Under the pieces are notes generated by a model, which saw only the letters and a list, made by a program, of their open reading frames with translations, was not told the DNA's origin and made no database searches. Shown here one piece after another: positions 54,808-64,000 of a stretch of DNA of 64,000 nucleotides. Position 1 is the stretch's first letter. Every line of letters starts with the position of its first letter. A program made the translations under genes and the position numbers. Source of the DNA: an archaeon (lineage in GTDB: Archaea > Undinarchaeota > Undinarchaeia > Undinarchaeales > JBDRKL01); contig JBDRKL010000010.1 of assembly GCA_043814055.1 (NCBI GenBank), positions 32,001 through 96,000 on the forward strand. The letters are read 5' to 3'.

Positions 54808-56987
54808 GGCAGTAAAATCTTATACTTCCCGCCGCAGTGCGCGGTGATTAACTCACAAATCTCGGTTATCGCGTCGTTCACTTCTTTTTGCGGGATATTC
54901 TTGCTACCCTGCACGCACACTATGCAGCTTGTTGCGCCTTTCTCAATCTTCACGTTATCGTGCTCCTTGGTCAGCCAGCGCGTTAAAACTTTGTTCGCGT
55001 CGTCAGCGAGCACCCACTCTGTTGGCTCAATCTTCACAGCTTCCTTTGTCCCTATTGGCACGAAGTTCTCGTCGCCCTTTGCAACCCGCAGGTTCACGTT
55101 GCCCTTAATCTTCGCCAGGTCATACGCTCCCATAATGAGCCCGGTCTTGAAAGAAACCAAGTTGTAAATGTCCGTAACCGTGTTTATGTTTGGCACCTGC
55201 CCGGTGTTCCGCGTAAACTCAACTATGTTCTCTGATGAAAGCCCTTCTGTGCCGCAGTCCCGCTTCTCGTCAAGCAAATAACTGTATGCGCTAATGGTCT
55301 TCAGGACTTTCTGCTCGTCAAACTCGCTGATTATTTTCTTCTTGAGCCGCTCAACAGGGCCGCTCCTTCTTTGAACTTTAAATCCAATCACCTCTGCAAT
55401 TGAGCAGGTTACATCGCCTTTTTCAAAGAGCTTCTGAATTTCTTTATCAAGCACGATCTTCTTGCCGGAGAATTTGAGCTCAGGCTCTTTGTATTCAATC
55501 TTCTCAATCAGCGGGCTCGGAGTCCCAATCGCTTGGTCTGGGGCAACTTCCTCAAGCGCGGCTTTCCAGCCCTTTTTGTCAATTTTATCTTTCTCTCCGA
55601 GCTGCTCCCATATTTTCTCAGAAGTTTCAGGTATGAAAGGCCAGAACAGGACTGCCAGCGAGCGGATTAGGGTTGCGCAAACGCGGATTGACCCCAGGTC
55701 CTTGCTCTTCCACGGCTCTTTCTCGTTCAAGTATTGGTTCCCCAGGCGAGCCAGGTTAAGAGTTTCCTGCAGGGCCTCGTAGAACTTGAGCTGTTCAATC
55801 TTCTTGTCAACAGATTCTGAAACTTTTCGGATTTCTGAGAGGACTTTCTTTCCTGCAGGGTCTATTTCAGCCCCAGGAACTTTTCCATCAGAGAGCTTGT
55901 TGATTAAAATCAGCACGCGGTGCACGAAGTTTCCAACATTATCTGCGAGCTCTGAATTGATTAGCTGCGCCACATCTTTCCGCGAGAAATCCCCGTCTGC
56001 GCCAAAGGGCATTGCCTTGAGCAGGGCGAACCGCGTGCGGTCTGCTCCGTAGCTCGTGTACAGTTCTTCTACTGTGATTGCGTTTCCTTTTGATTTTGAA
56101 ATCTTGTCGCCTTCAACTGTCCACCAGCCGTGGCCGAACACTTTCTTTGGCAGGTCTTTCACCCCAGCGGAGAGCAGCATTGCAGGCCAGATTACTGTGT
56201 GAAACCAGAGGATGTCCTTGCCAACTAGGTGCACATCTGGCGGCCAGAGCTCAGCATATTTCCGCCCTTTCTTCAGCCCTGAAATATAGTTCACGAGCGC
56301 GTCAAACCAAACATAAGTTACGTGCTTGTTGTCCAGAGGGAATGGAATGCCCCACTTGAGCTTTGTGCGCGTTATGCTGAGATCGTTCAAGCCGTCCTTG
56401 ACGCGGTTTATGATTTCCTGGCGCTTGCCCTCTGGCGAGATGAACTCCGGGTTTTTTTCATAGAAGTCTAGCAGAGGTTTCTGATATTTTGAAAGCTTGA
56501 AGAAGTAGGTCTCTTCCTTGAGTTTTTTTACCTCGCGGTTGCAGTCCGGACACTTGCCGTGGCTCAGCTGTGTTTCAGTCCAGAAAGTTTCGCACGGTAC
56601 ACAGTACCAATCCTCGTACTCGCCAAGGTAGATGTCCTTGTTCTTGAAGCACTTACGGATTATCTCGTTCACGATTTTCTCGTGGTCCGGGTCTGTTGTT
56701 CTTATGAACTGGTCGTAGGAAATGTTCAGCTTGCTCCACGCGTCCTTGAAATGCTCAACGAGCTCGTCGCAGAACTCCTTGGGCTCCTGCTCGCGTGCGT
56801 TTGCTGCCTCCTGAATCTTCTCTCCGTGTTCGTCAGTCCCAGTTAGGAAAAAAGTGTCCGCGCCCTTCAGGCGGGCCCAGCGGGCGAGCACATCCGCGGC
56901 TATGGTAGTGTAAGCGTGGCCTATGTGCGGCACGTCATTCGGATAGTAGATAGGGGTCGTGACATAATATTTTTTGAACGGAATCAC
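54804..56987 (-). CDS. metG: Methionine--tRNA ligase with C-terminal B3/B4 domain
   Basis: YYVTTPIYYPN..HIGH, GTDEHG, one Zn knuckle, YVWFDAL, KISKS; C-terminal PNINTVTDIYNLVS..GAYDLAKI..GDENFVPIG. Confidence 0.92.
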   Translation of the reverse strand: MIPFKKYYVTTPIYYPNDVPHIGHAYTTIAADVLARWARLKGADTFFLTGTDEHGEKIQEAANAREQEPKEFCDELVEHFKDAWSKLNISYDQFIRTTDPDHEKIVNEIIRKCFKNKDIYLGEYEDWYCVPCETFWTETQLSHGKCPDCNREVKKLKEETYFFKLSKYQKPLLDFYEKNPEFISPEGKRQEIINRVKDGLNDLSITRTKLKWGIPFPLDNKHVTYVWFDALVNYISGLKKGRKYAELWPPDVHLVGKDILWFHTVIWPAMLLSAGVKDLPKKVFGHGWWTVEGDKISKSKGNAITVEELYTSYGADRTRFALLKAMPFGADGDFSRKDVAQLINSELADNVGNFVHRVLILINKLSDGKVPGAEIDPAGKKVLSEIRKVSESVDKKIEQLKFYEALQETLNLARLGNQYLNEKEPWKSKDLGSIRVCATLIRSLAVLFWPFIPETSEKIWEQLGEKDKIDKKGWKAALEEVAPDQAIGTPSPLIEKIEYKEPELKFSGKKIVLDKEIQKLFEKGDVTCSIAEVIGFKVQRRSGPVERLKKKIISEFDEQKVLKTISAYSYLLDEKRDCGTEGLSSENIVEFTRNTGQVPNINTVTDIYNLVSFKTGLIMGAYDLAKIKGNVNLRVAKGDENFVPIGTKEAVKIEPTEWVLADDANKVLTRWLTKEHDNVKIEKGATSCIVCVQGSKNIPQKEVNDAITEICELITAHCGGKYKILLP

Positions 56988-57091
56988 CTTGCGTATTCTA
57001 TGTTTAACCAGGTATAAATATTGTTTTGCCAGTTTTATTCAGTTCTGATTAATAATGTTTAAATAAGCGGCTAGCCACTATATTCCATACA

Positions 57092-59251
57092 ATGAGTGTG
57101 GATTTTAAAATCTGGGTAATTATCGGAGTGGTCGCAATTATGGGAATCGCTGCTCTTGTTTTTCTTGACGAGCCATTGCTCGGCGGCTCATTGCACGACG
57201 CGTTCTCAGGCGCGGGCGGCGGAGGTGGCAGCAGTAGTGCATCCTCAGGCAGGGGCTCTCAAGTTCAGGGCATAGATGGCAAAAGTTATACAGTTACAGG
57301 CGACTGGTTTGGGCTGATACTCTTAGTTGTAATTCTGTTCGGGGGCGCGTGGAAAGGCATTAATTTGTTGAAGAAGCGGAAAGCTGAAAACGCTTCAGAT
57401 TCGCAAGCAGTGGACGAAGGCGCTAAAGGCAAACGTCCTCGCCATCGAAATGACATTGAAGTAAAAGTTCTTCTCGGCAAGAAGCCATTTTCCGGAGTGA
57501 CCGTGACTGCAGTTGGGCTTGATGGAACTACCACAATTGGCGAGGCTACTACAAACAAGGAAGGCATTGCTAAAGTGCGTAACAAGGACAAAAAGCTAAT
57601 TTCCCGCATAACTGCAGAAACTCCTGAAACAGAAGTGCGGACAAAAAATGTGGTTAATCCTACGGGTAAAGTAACCCTGATTTTCAAAGCAGAGCGCGCA
57701 AAAAAAACAGGCGAGTTCCAGGCAATTAACCTAAAGCTTATAACTCCTACAATGGAACCTGTCAAGTTTGACAAAGGTCAGCCTGATGTGTCTTATGCAA
57801 CTCTCACTATTGAGGTTATTAACAAATGGAAGGGTGACCTGGATACTGTTGTTGCTGAAATAGTGGAAGGTCCAAATTGGCTTTCTTTTAACAATAAGTC
57901 AACAAAAGCAAAGATAACTCTTAAAGACTCTAATAAAATACACCTCACAGAGGAAGAGGGCGACACGGATTTCGTTCCATTGCCTGTCCAGATAAATCCC
58001 GTGGCTAAGCCAGACAGCAATAAGCACATAAAAATCAATTTCAGGATTCCAGGTCGCAAAGATATTTTTTCAATAAGAACTGCAAACCCTGTTCAGATTG
58101 ATTTAGATGAGGATAATAATGTAAGTGCAAGCAGCCCAACTTCTACCACTATAGGGGGTTCTGGCAGTGCTGGATTAGCCAATCTTGACGATGTTTATAG
58201 AATAAAGGATGAGAAATTCTATGAGGATGTTGTTAAGGCAATTTCAGAAATATTTAAAAAAAGGTCGGACGGATATGAACCATTATTTGATTTGTTTGAG
58301 GGGGATGACAAGTGGCTTCGGGATGAAATTCACAAGGATTTTGAGGATATTCGTTTCAAGTTCAAGTATCCTAAGTACAACGACCGGCAAACTATTTATG
58401 AGAACATTCTTCATTTTGATACCACTAACCCAGAAAAAACAATTGATAAATGGCAATTAGGTGAATCTCGGATGAACACGTCAATTAATCCAGACTTTTA
58501 TGTTACTGCCGGCGCTCTTGAATATTTGTTTGAGACCTTTAGCGCTCCTAAATTGAAGGGCGAGGTTGAGTTGTTTCTTAGGTTCTTTTCACCTAATATT
58601 AATATGGGTGTGAAAGAACAGCACTTCCAGGCAAAACTCCAGGAAATCTATAAAGATGCAAACAATAAGGATTTTGTAGAAATTAAGGGTGAAATTTTTG
58701 AGCGCCTGTTAGATGACTTTGAGTCTTGGGATGCTGATATAGAAAAACTAAAAGAGGAGGTTCTGTGGCTCCCAAAAATCATAAACAGAATAGCCAGAGA
58801 GCGCTCAATGCTGTCGCTGGGCAATGGGATTCGCGGAGATGACAAGGCACAAGAACGACTGAGGGAGTACGCTTCAAGTTTAAAGGGTATTCTGGACGGG
58901 AATTCCAGCCAGTCGGGTCTTAGAGACCTTGTGAATGAGGCATATTACCGTTTTTGTTCCGCAATACTTGAACAGTACACTGATGAAACTGTAGTAGAGA
59001 AGTTTGTGGAATCTTGGGTGGATGAGAATATAATTGAAGACACAAACCCGACAAAAGAGAGAATCCAAAATGGCGCGGAGCAGCTTCTTTATGGCACATT
59101 TGAGCCCTTGGCAAATTTCCTTGCAGTAATGAAGCTCTACGTGTTTTTAATGGACAAGCTTGTCTACTATTTGCTGGATGATTGGGAAGCTGGAGAAGCT
59201 GAAGATTCCAATGATTTTACCGACGGCATAGATAACAGTATTTTTAAGTAA
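57092..59251 (+). CDS. Membrane-anchored hypothetical protein (2 TM, beta-rich middle, helical acidic C-terminus)
   Basis: Two hydrophobic helices flank a Gly/Ser linker; GVTVT..ATTNKEGIA Ig-like segment. Confidence 0.6.
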   Translation: MSVDFKIWVIIGVVAIMGIAALVFLDEPLLGGSLHDAFSGAGGGGGSSSASSGRGSQVQGIDGKSYTVTGDWFGLILLVVILFGGAWKGINLLKKRKAENASDSQAVDEGAKGKRPRHRNDIEVKVLLGKKPFSGVTVTAVGLDGTTTIGEATTNKEGIAKVRNKDKKLISRITAETPETEVRTKNVVNPTGKVTLIFKAERAKKTGEFQAINLKLITPTMEPVKFDKGQPDVSYATLTIEVINKWKGDLDTVVAEIVEGPNWLSFNNKSTKAKITLKDSNKIHLTEEEGDTDFVPLPVQINPVAKPDSNKHIKINFRIPGRKDIFSIRTANPVQIDLDEDNNVSASSPTSTTIGGSGSAGLANLDDVYRIKDEKFYEDVVKAISEIFKKRSDGYEPLFDLFEGDDKWLRDEIHKDFEDIRFKFKYPKYNDRQTIYENILHFDTTNPEKTIDKWQLGESRMNTSINPDFYVTAGALEYLFETFSAPKLKGEVELFLRFFSPNINMGVKEQHFQAKLQEIYKDANNKDFVEIKGEIFERLLDDFESWDADIEKLKEEVLWLPKIINRIARERSMLSLGNGIRGDDKAQERLREYASSLKGILDGNSSQSGLRDLVNEAYYRFCSAILEQYTDETVVEKFVESWVDENIIEDTNPTKERIQNGAEQLLYGTFEPLANFLAVMKLYVFLMDKLVYYLLDDWEAGEAEDSNDFTDGIDNSIFK

Positions 59252-59296
59252 AGTATTATCGCAACCTAATTAAAGCACTTAAATCATAAATTAATT

Positions 59297-59962
59297 ATGG
59301 CAAAAAACGTTATGGAGCTGTATAGCAGGGCAGAGCTGTTGTTTACTAAAGTTCAGGAATCGTCAAAGGTTGAGCAAGATGACCTGGAGGATGCGTTTTC
59401 TACAATATCCCAGGCACTTGAGCTTGCACCAAACAACAAGAAGGTTCAAGTACTTCACCGCAGAATTTTGAATAACTTGGTTGAATTTTTATACACACAA
59501 GCCGAGGGTTTAGTAACCCGCGGCGATATGGAAACGGCAGACCAGATTGTAACCCGCGGCTTGATCCTAAACAGCAGACATGCTGGCTTGAAAGGGCTTC
59601 ATACAAAAATACTCGCAGCAAAGTCTAGGCGCGAGGGCAAGAGCGGTGTTGAAAATGCAAGACGCGCTGTGCTTTCTGACCCAAAGAACCTGGTTTTGTA
59701 CGAGCGCCTGATAATGGCTCTTATGCATCGCGGCAAAAAAGGAGATTTCAAGGCGGCTGATGAATGGCTTGACAAGCAAAAAGCAAAAGCCAGGGATTTT
59801 ATCAAATCGGGCAAAACAGACAAAGTTCCTGCTGATATTCTCAAAGACCCTGCTGGTTATTTCAAGGCAAAAAGAAAGGCAATTAATGATGTGCGGCAAA
59901 AGCGAATAACCGAAGCGGTTGCCGAACAAAAGAAGCGAAAAGCAGCAAAAACTAAGAAATGA
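59297..59962 (+). CDS. TPR-like hypothetical protein
   Basis: ALELAPNN, GLILNSRH, AVLSDPKN helical hairpins; basic tail. Confidence 0.6.
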   Translation: MAKNVMELYSRAELLFTKVQESSKVEQDDLEDAFSTISQALELAPNNKKVQVLHRRILNNLVEFLYTQAEGLVTRGDMETADQIVTRGLILNSRHAGLKGLHTKILAAKSRREGKSGVENARRAVLSDPKNLVLYERLIMALMHRGKKGDFKAADEWLDKQKAKARDFIKSGKTDKVPADILKDPAGYFKAKRKAINDVRQKRITEAVAEQKKRKAAKTKK

Positions 59963-60975
59963 AAGAGCGCATTAGCACACTAATCAAAACTCTTGAGTCA
60001 AAATACTCAACCTCAGGGGACTCCAGCTTCATGCTCTCAAGCTCTGGGTTGAAGCGCTACGAACTACATCCAATTGAAAAAACCAATTTTAACACTTTCT
60101 CACCTTATGACGCGGAGAAAAAGTTTAACACCGCAGCTGCGGACTCCGGTTCGCTCCTGATTTATGAAACTCCAGGCTGGAGCATTGGCTACTACAAAAT
60201 GTCATTTCGCCTGTTTGAAATCTGCCTCAAAGGCAAAACGTGCAATACGATTCAGACGCGCAAGGCGTTCAAGGAGGACTTCGTGCTCATAGTGAATGGG
60301 GAAGGGACAAATAAAGACAATGTGATGTACAAAAAGCCCGGCAAAGACGCTGAGACTGCGCTGAACGAGTTCAGGTCACAGCGCGAGGTTGAATTCGTGC
60401 TTGAGCACTGCAAAACATTGAACAAAGAGGATTTGCTCCTCCTGGACGGCTCGCTTGACCACGAGAACTCCAAAATAATTGAAAAACATCCTAATGTTCT
60501 AGGACTTTCAAAGAAAACCGGGCTTTCAATCGCAGGCCATTCTGCACCATCATTTTTCGCACTCAAGGCAACAGAGCACAATGTGCCTGAAAAACCCTGG
60601 TTTTACCACCCGCTTGTAAAGCGCTCACAGGCAGACTCTACAACAAATCCGGAAATCATATTTGGAACCTTAAAACCAAACTCTGTTGTTTTCAGAATCG
60701 ACTTCCCTAACTCGGCAAAGAAGGACTCAATCGCGCAGAAGATGAAACAGCTCGGCGTTTGCTCATTGGACGCGAAATACCGCTCATACCCCTACCCGCT
60801 CGGCGCAGTTCATTCAGACTCAGTGATGCGCAAGAATACTAAAGAGCTCGTGAAGCGCTTCATCAAGCGCGAGTTGAACGAATACAAGGCGGGCAGCGCA
60901 AGGGACGTTTTCGCGCTGATTGAGAAAGACATATTGCATGCGGATTGGTATGATAACTTGAGGAGGTGCAGCTGA
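59959..60975 (+). CDS. NurA-family nuclease (divergent)
   Basis: AAADSGS, LLLLDGSL, LGLSKK, VFRIDF, YPYPLGAVH. Confidence 0.75.
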   Translation: MKERISTLIKTLESKYSTSGDSSFMLSSSGLKRYELHPIEKTNFNTFSPYDAEKKFNTAAADSGSLLIYETPGWSIGYYKMSFRLFEICLKGKTCNTIQTRKAFKEDFVLIVNGEGTNKDNVMYKKPGKDAETALNEFRSQREVEFVLEHCKTLNKEDLLLLDGSLDHENSKIIEKHPNVLGLSKKTGLSIAGHSAPSFFALKATEHNVPEKPWFYHPLVKRSQADSTTNPEIIFGTLKPNSVVFRIDFPNSAKKDSIAQKMKQLGVCSLDAKYRSYPYPLGAVHSDSVMRKNTKELVKRFIKRELNEYKAGSARDVFALIEKDILHADWYDNLRRCS

Positions 60976-61910
60976 TGGCAAGCTCAAAAACAGGACTTAC
61001 CCCAGAGGAGCTCAGCGGTTTTCTGCTTGACGGAAACCGGTTAATCGAGCTCAAGCCAGAGCACAGGCTCCTCTTGTGGCACATATTGGCGGCAAAGGAC
61101 AGCAAAAAAAAGTTTAGGGCCAATTGGACTCGGAACTCTGCCAAGATAACAAGCCTTGAAATTGCACGTTCAATCTTAGAATTGAACCAAGAGCTGAAGC
61201 TGAACCTGACACACATTGCATTTGTGACAGACCTCCTGCGCTCAGGCGTTGCAGACGGATACGAAACGCTCACTCTAAGAGTTTCGCCAAGGGCAGTGTA
61301 CTTCTTTGGGAGAGAAGGGTGCAAAAAGCTTGTGCTGAAGAGCAGGCGCATCTGGATAAACAGGCAAAACAAAGCCCAGTGGAGAAAAACAAAAAAATAC
61401 CTAGCCGATATGAGAGAAAAACTGGGAAATGTCATAACCGAGTGCGGCGAGGTCCCAAATGCAGGGGAGATCCGAGACAGGAGGTTCAAGAGAAACCGAG
61501 TGCCAAACAAAATGCTCAACGAACTGAACGCCCTGAAAGACCTGGGAAATATTTACAACAACCTTTACAACGAAGGCACAGGATTCTTATTCACAGAACT
61601 TCATCTCATATCAATGATGTACGAAAAAGAGATTAAAGGAAAAGCCAGCGAGGAGAAACTGAAAAGCGGGCAAGAGAGGGTGGTAATGCTTGTTAATGAG
61701 TATAAAAAACTTACCGGGAGCGTACCGACAATCAGGATGATCCAAAATCCTATTCACCTGCCAAGCATTGCCAGCGACCGGGCAGAGAAGATAAGAATAC
61801 TGAATGCCCTGCAAACGCCAGCCTCAAGGCTCACTGGGAAAAGATTAAGTAGGATAGATGAGATGAAAGACTGGAGGTCGGCTCTCCGGAGGCTCGGACT
61901 AATAGAATGA
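60975..61910 (+). CDS. Basic hypothetical protein between nurA-like and herA-like genes
   Basis: TGATG overlap with the NurA stop, AGGAGGTG SD at 60961, ATGA overlap with HerA. Confidence 0.65.
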   Translation: MASSKTGLTPEELSGFLLDGNRLIELKPEHRLLLWHILAAKDSKKKFRANWTRNSAKITSLEIARSILELNQELKLNLTHIAFVTDLLRSGVADGYETLTLRVSPRAVYFFGREGCKKLVLKSRRIWINRQNKAQWRKTKKYLADMREKLGNVITECGEVPNAGEIRDRRFKRNRVPNKMLNELNALKDLGNIYNNLYNEGTGFLFTELHLISMMYEKEIKGKASEEKLKSGQERVVMLVNEYKKLTGSVPTIRMIQNPIHLPSIASDRAEKIRILNALQTPASRLTGKRLSRIDEMKDWRSALRRLGLIE

Positions 61911-63541
61911 CACAAGTAGGCAAAGTTGATTATTTTGACGGCGCAAAGCGAAAATTGTATTTCTTCGTGGAAGAAGAGGACGGAGTAGAGGAGGAAGGAT
62001 TCTACAAGGTTGACACCCCGACTAAAGTGTTCTATATCTTTGTCACGAGCCTGAGCGAGCAGCCGCTTGACTCAGAGCTCGGCTCACGCTACTCAAAAGA
62101 AGGCTTCTCATACGACCTTGACGAGCGTTTTCTCCTGTACGCACAGGCGTCAATACTGCTTGAATACCGCAAGGCAGAAGACCACAAAATCGTTGGCTAT
62201 AAGACTATTCCAAGGCACGGCGCAGGCATATTTGAGCTTGAGGACTCTGATTTTGACATACTCAAGCTGCCCAAATTGGACTTTGCGAACGTGCGCTCAG
62301 GGAGCAAGGAGCTCGCAACAAAAGTCGGGTTCAAGAAGGAATCATACATCACGCACTGGCTGCTCAGCGGTTGGACAAACTCAGGAAAAACCAACTCTGC
62401 AAAAGTTCTGCTTGGGGTAACGCTCAAGGGTGAAGAGGGTGACAGTTTCGCAGGCGGGGTAGTTATTGACCCGCACGGCGAATATTACAAGGATTTGAAA
62501 ACAATGAACTCGGACGGCGATGTTCGCCTGGTTCACATGACAATAAATCCTGAGACAGGTGATTCAAACGAGCGCGCATTGGGCATCCCGCTCAGCATGT
62601 TAACTCCAAATGACCTCTACGAGGTCGCGGACTTCAACCCTGAGACACAGGGCGCGTTCATGTGGCGCTGCAGGGACTACTTTTGGCGGCTTGAGAAGAG
62701 GAATACCCCTGACACGCTCAATATACTTTCCGCGTCAAAGAACTGGATTGACATGATAATCAACAGCGACCACAAGCTACTGCCTCAGCTCGGCGACGAC
62801 TACAAAGACTCAACTGGACCGAAAGTGATGGATGCTACCAAGCGACGTCTGATGCGCATAATCAAGGATGACCAAAGCGTATGGCTTCCTGAGTACACTC
62901 CGATTGTTGAGGACATACTTGCTGGAGTCTCACGCGGCGTCTGGTACGTGATTGACGTGAGCTCAATAAGCAACAGCACTACCAAGCTCATAACTTCACT
63001 TATTGCATACAAGCTCTTCAAAAAGTACAAAGACACAGCGATAAACAACCGCGCGGAGTGGAAGACCTACAAGCCAGCAGGCATTCTGGTTGAGGAAGCG
63101 CACAACTACCTCTCATCAGATGAGTCCAGCAAGGGCAACATAATCGCGAAGATTGCAAAAGAGGGCAGGAAGTTCAACGTGTTCTCTATCATTGTTGAGC
63201 AAGATCCGAGCGGCATAGACGAGCGCGTCCTGAAGCAGATTCACAACAAGATAACGCTCCAGCTCATCCCGGTTGACGCGAGCGCGATTGTGAAAACAAC
63301 GCCGTACATCGCCGAGCTTGAGAACAAGATACCCTATTACCAGACAGGGGAAGGTGTGTTTGTCTCAACAGGCAGTTTCACTTTCGCATTGCCTGTCAAA
63401 TTCCCGCACATCTCAACCTGGCTTAATAATAATTCGCAGAAGTGCAAGGAATGCGACGAAGGCAGGAGCTTTGGGGCGAAAGGGATTTGCGGAAAGTGTT
63501 CTGGGAAGAAATTGAAGAAGGACGCGAAAGCGTTTATGTAA
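61907..63541 (+). CDS. HerA/FtsK-family ATPase with C-terminal Zn finger
   Basis: HWLLSGWTNSGKT, IDPHGEY, LVEEAHNY, KEGRKF, EQDPSGID; CKEC..CGKC. Confidence 0.88.
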   Translation: MTQVGKVDYFDGAKRKLYFFVEEEDGVEEEGFYKVDTPTKVFYIFVTSLSEQPLDSELGSRYSKEGFSYDLDERFLLYAQASILLEYRKAEDHKIVGYKTIPRHGAGIFELEDSDFDILKLPKLDFANVRSGSKELATKVGFKKESYITHWLLSGWTNSGKTNSAKVLLGVTLKGEEGDSFAGGVVIDPHGEYYKDLKTMNSDGDVRLVHMTINPETGDSNERALGIPLSMLTPNDLYEVADFNPETQGAFMWRCRDYFWRLEKRNTPDTLNILSASKNWIDMIINSDHKLLPQLGDDYKDSTGPKVMDATKRRLMRIIKDDQSVWLPEYTPIVEDILAGVSRGVWYVIDVSSISNSTTKLITSLIAYKLFKKYKDTAINNRAEWKTYKPAGILVEEAHNYLSSDESSKGNIIAKIAKEGRKFNVFSIIVEQDPSGIDERVLKQIHNKITLQLIPVDASAIVKTTPYIAELENKIPYYQTGEGVFVSTGSFTFALPVKFPHISTWLNNNSQKCKECDEGRSFGAKGICGKCSGKKLKKDAKAFM

Positions 63542-63546
63542 AGAAA

Positions 63547-64000
63547 ATGGATGATGAAATCTGTTTTAGCAAAGAGGAAGAGGAGATTCTAAAGAGTGTA
63601 AAAGAGCTGGGCTCAGCTGAAAAGTTATTGATTATTCTGGAGTTACTACAGGATTTGATTTCAAGAAACCTTATTGTTGTAAAGAAATATAGGGCATTTC
63701 AAATATATTTGATTAATGGAGCTATGAGGCATCTAGCGACTCAGTTCAATCCAGATGACATTGATAGATATGATTTGGATCACCCAACCACCCAAATTAC
63801 GAATACTAATTTGAGCAGAAAAGAGCGTAATGTGTTAAAAGGTATGATTTTGTCAAAAAGCTATACCAACTATAGCGTAACCGCAGTTGGTAATATTTAC
63901 ATCTTTATAGCAGGGGCTACGATTCGGCAACTTGCAAACTTAACTCTTACTGAGATCCGAGTCCTTGAATACCTGACCACAGATAAAGCTATTATAGAGT
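63547..64000 (+). CDS. Hypothetical protein (3' truncated, AT-rich)
   Basis: ATG 5 nt after the HerA stop; frame open to the window end (MDDEICFSKEEEEILKSVKELG...). Confidence 0.6.
   Translation, partial: MDDEICFSKEEEEILKSVKELGSAEKLLIILELLQDLISRNLIVVKKYRAFQIYLINGAMRHLATQFNPDDIDRYDLDHPTTQITNTNLSRKERNVLKGMILSKSYTNYSVTAVGNIYIFIAGATIRQLANLTLTEIRVLEYLTTDKAIIE

Noticed and set aside
56988-57030. Met-rich leader uORF before metG (also checked before metK)
   Set aside because: Both have short leaders after a TATA box with no uORF, so the leader peptide is specific to valS in this window.

Overview
This is an archaeal chromosome segment. The evidence is archaeal-type aIF-5A, aRF1, ValRS, Nob1 and Taw1/TYW1, a BHB-intron tRNA, TATA-box promoters about 25-30 nt upstream of starts, and many ATGA/TAATG gene overlaps. 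The gene style and surface proteins suggest a DPANN-like lineage, which is an inference. Most of the window is housekeeping: tRNA modification, folate/C1 metabolism (purN, folC, folD, thyX), acs, ion antiporters, valS, metG, bacterial-type metK, NAD kinase and nnrD, plus tRNA-Ala(CGC) with a 79-nt intron and tRNA-Ile(GAT). Six things stand out. (1) A ~16 kb secreted locus (21033-37182) has a putative polymorphic toxin, an immunity gene and a 3227-aa adhesin-like giant; a catalytically dead gingipain/C25-like domain appears split between the toxin and the giant. (2) A leaderless 9-codon uORF, MSNSSVVVV, lies directly upstream of valS and looks like a Val-sensing leader peptide. (3) Two related, covarying structured elements (pseudoknot + CTCAA + GAA-loop hairpin + TTT-loop hairpin) each sit just 5' of a tRNA gene. 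(4) MetRS is fused to a B3/B4 domain. (5) A NurA-orfX-HerA operon has no visible mre11/rad50. (6) An ATPase-wHTH / micro-ORF / Zn-ribbon operon contains a perfect 36-bp repeat pair. All family assignments come from reading motifs by eye; no database search was run.
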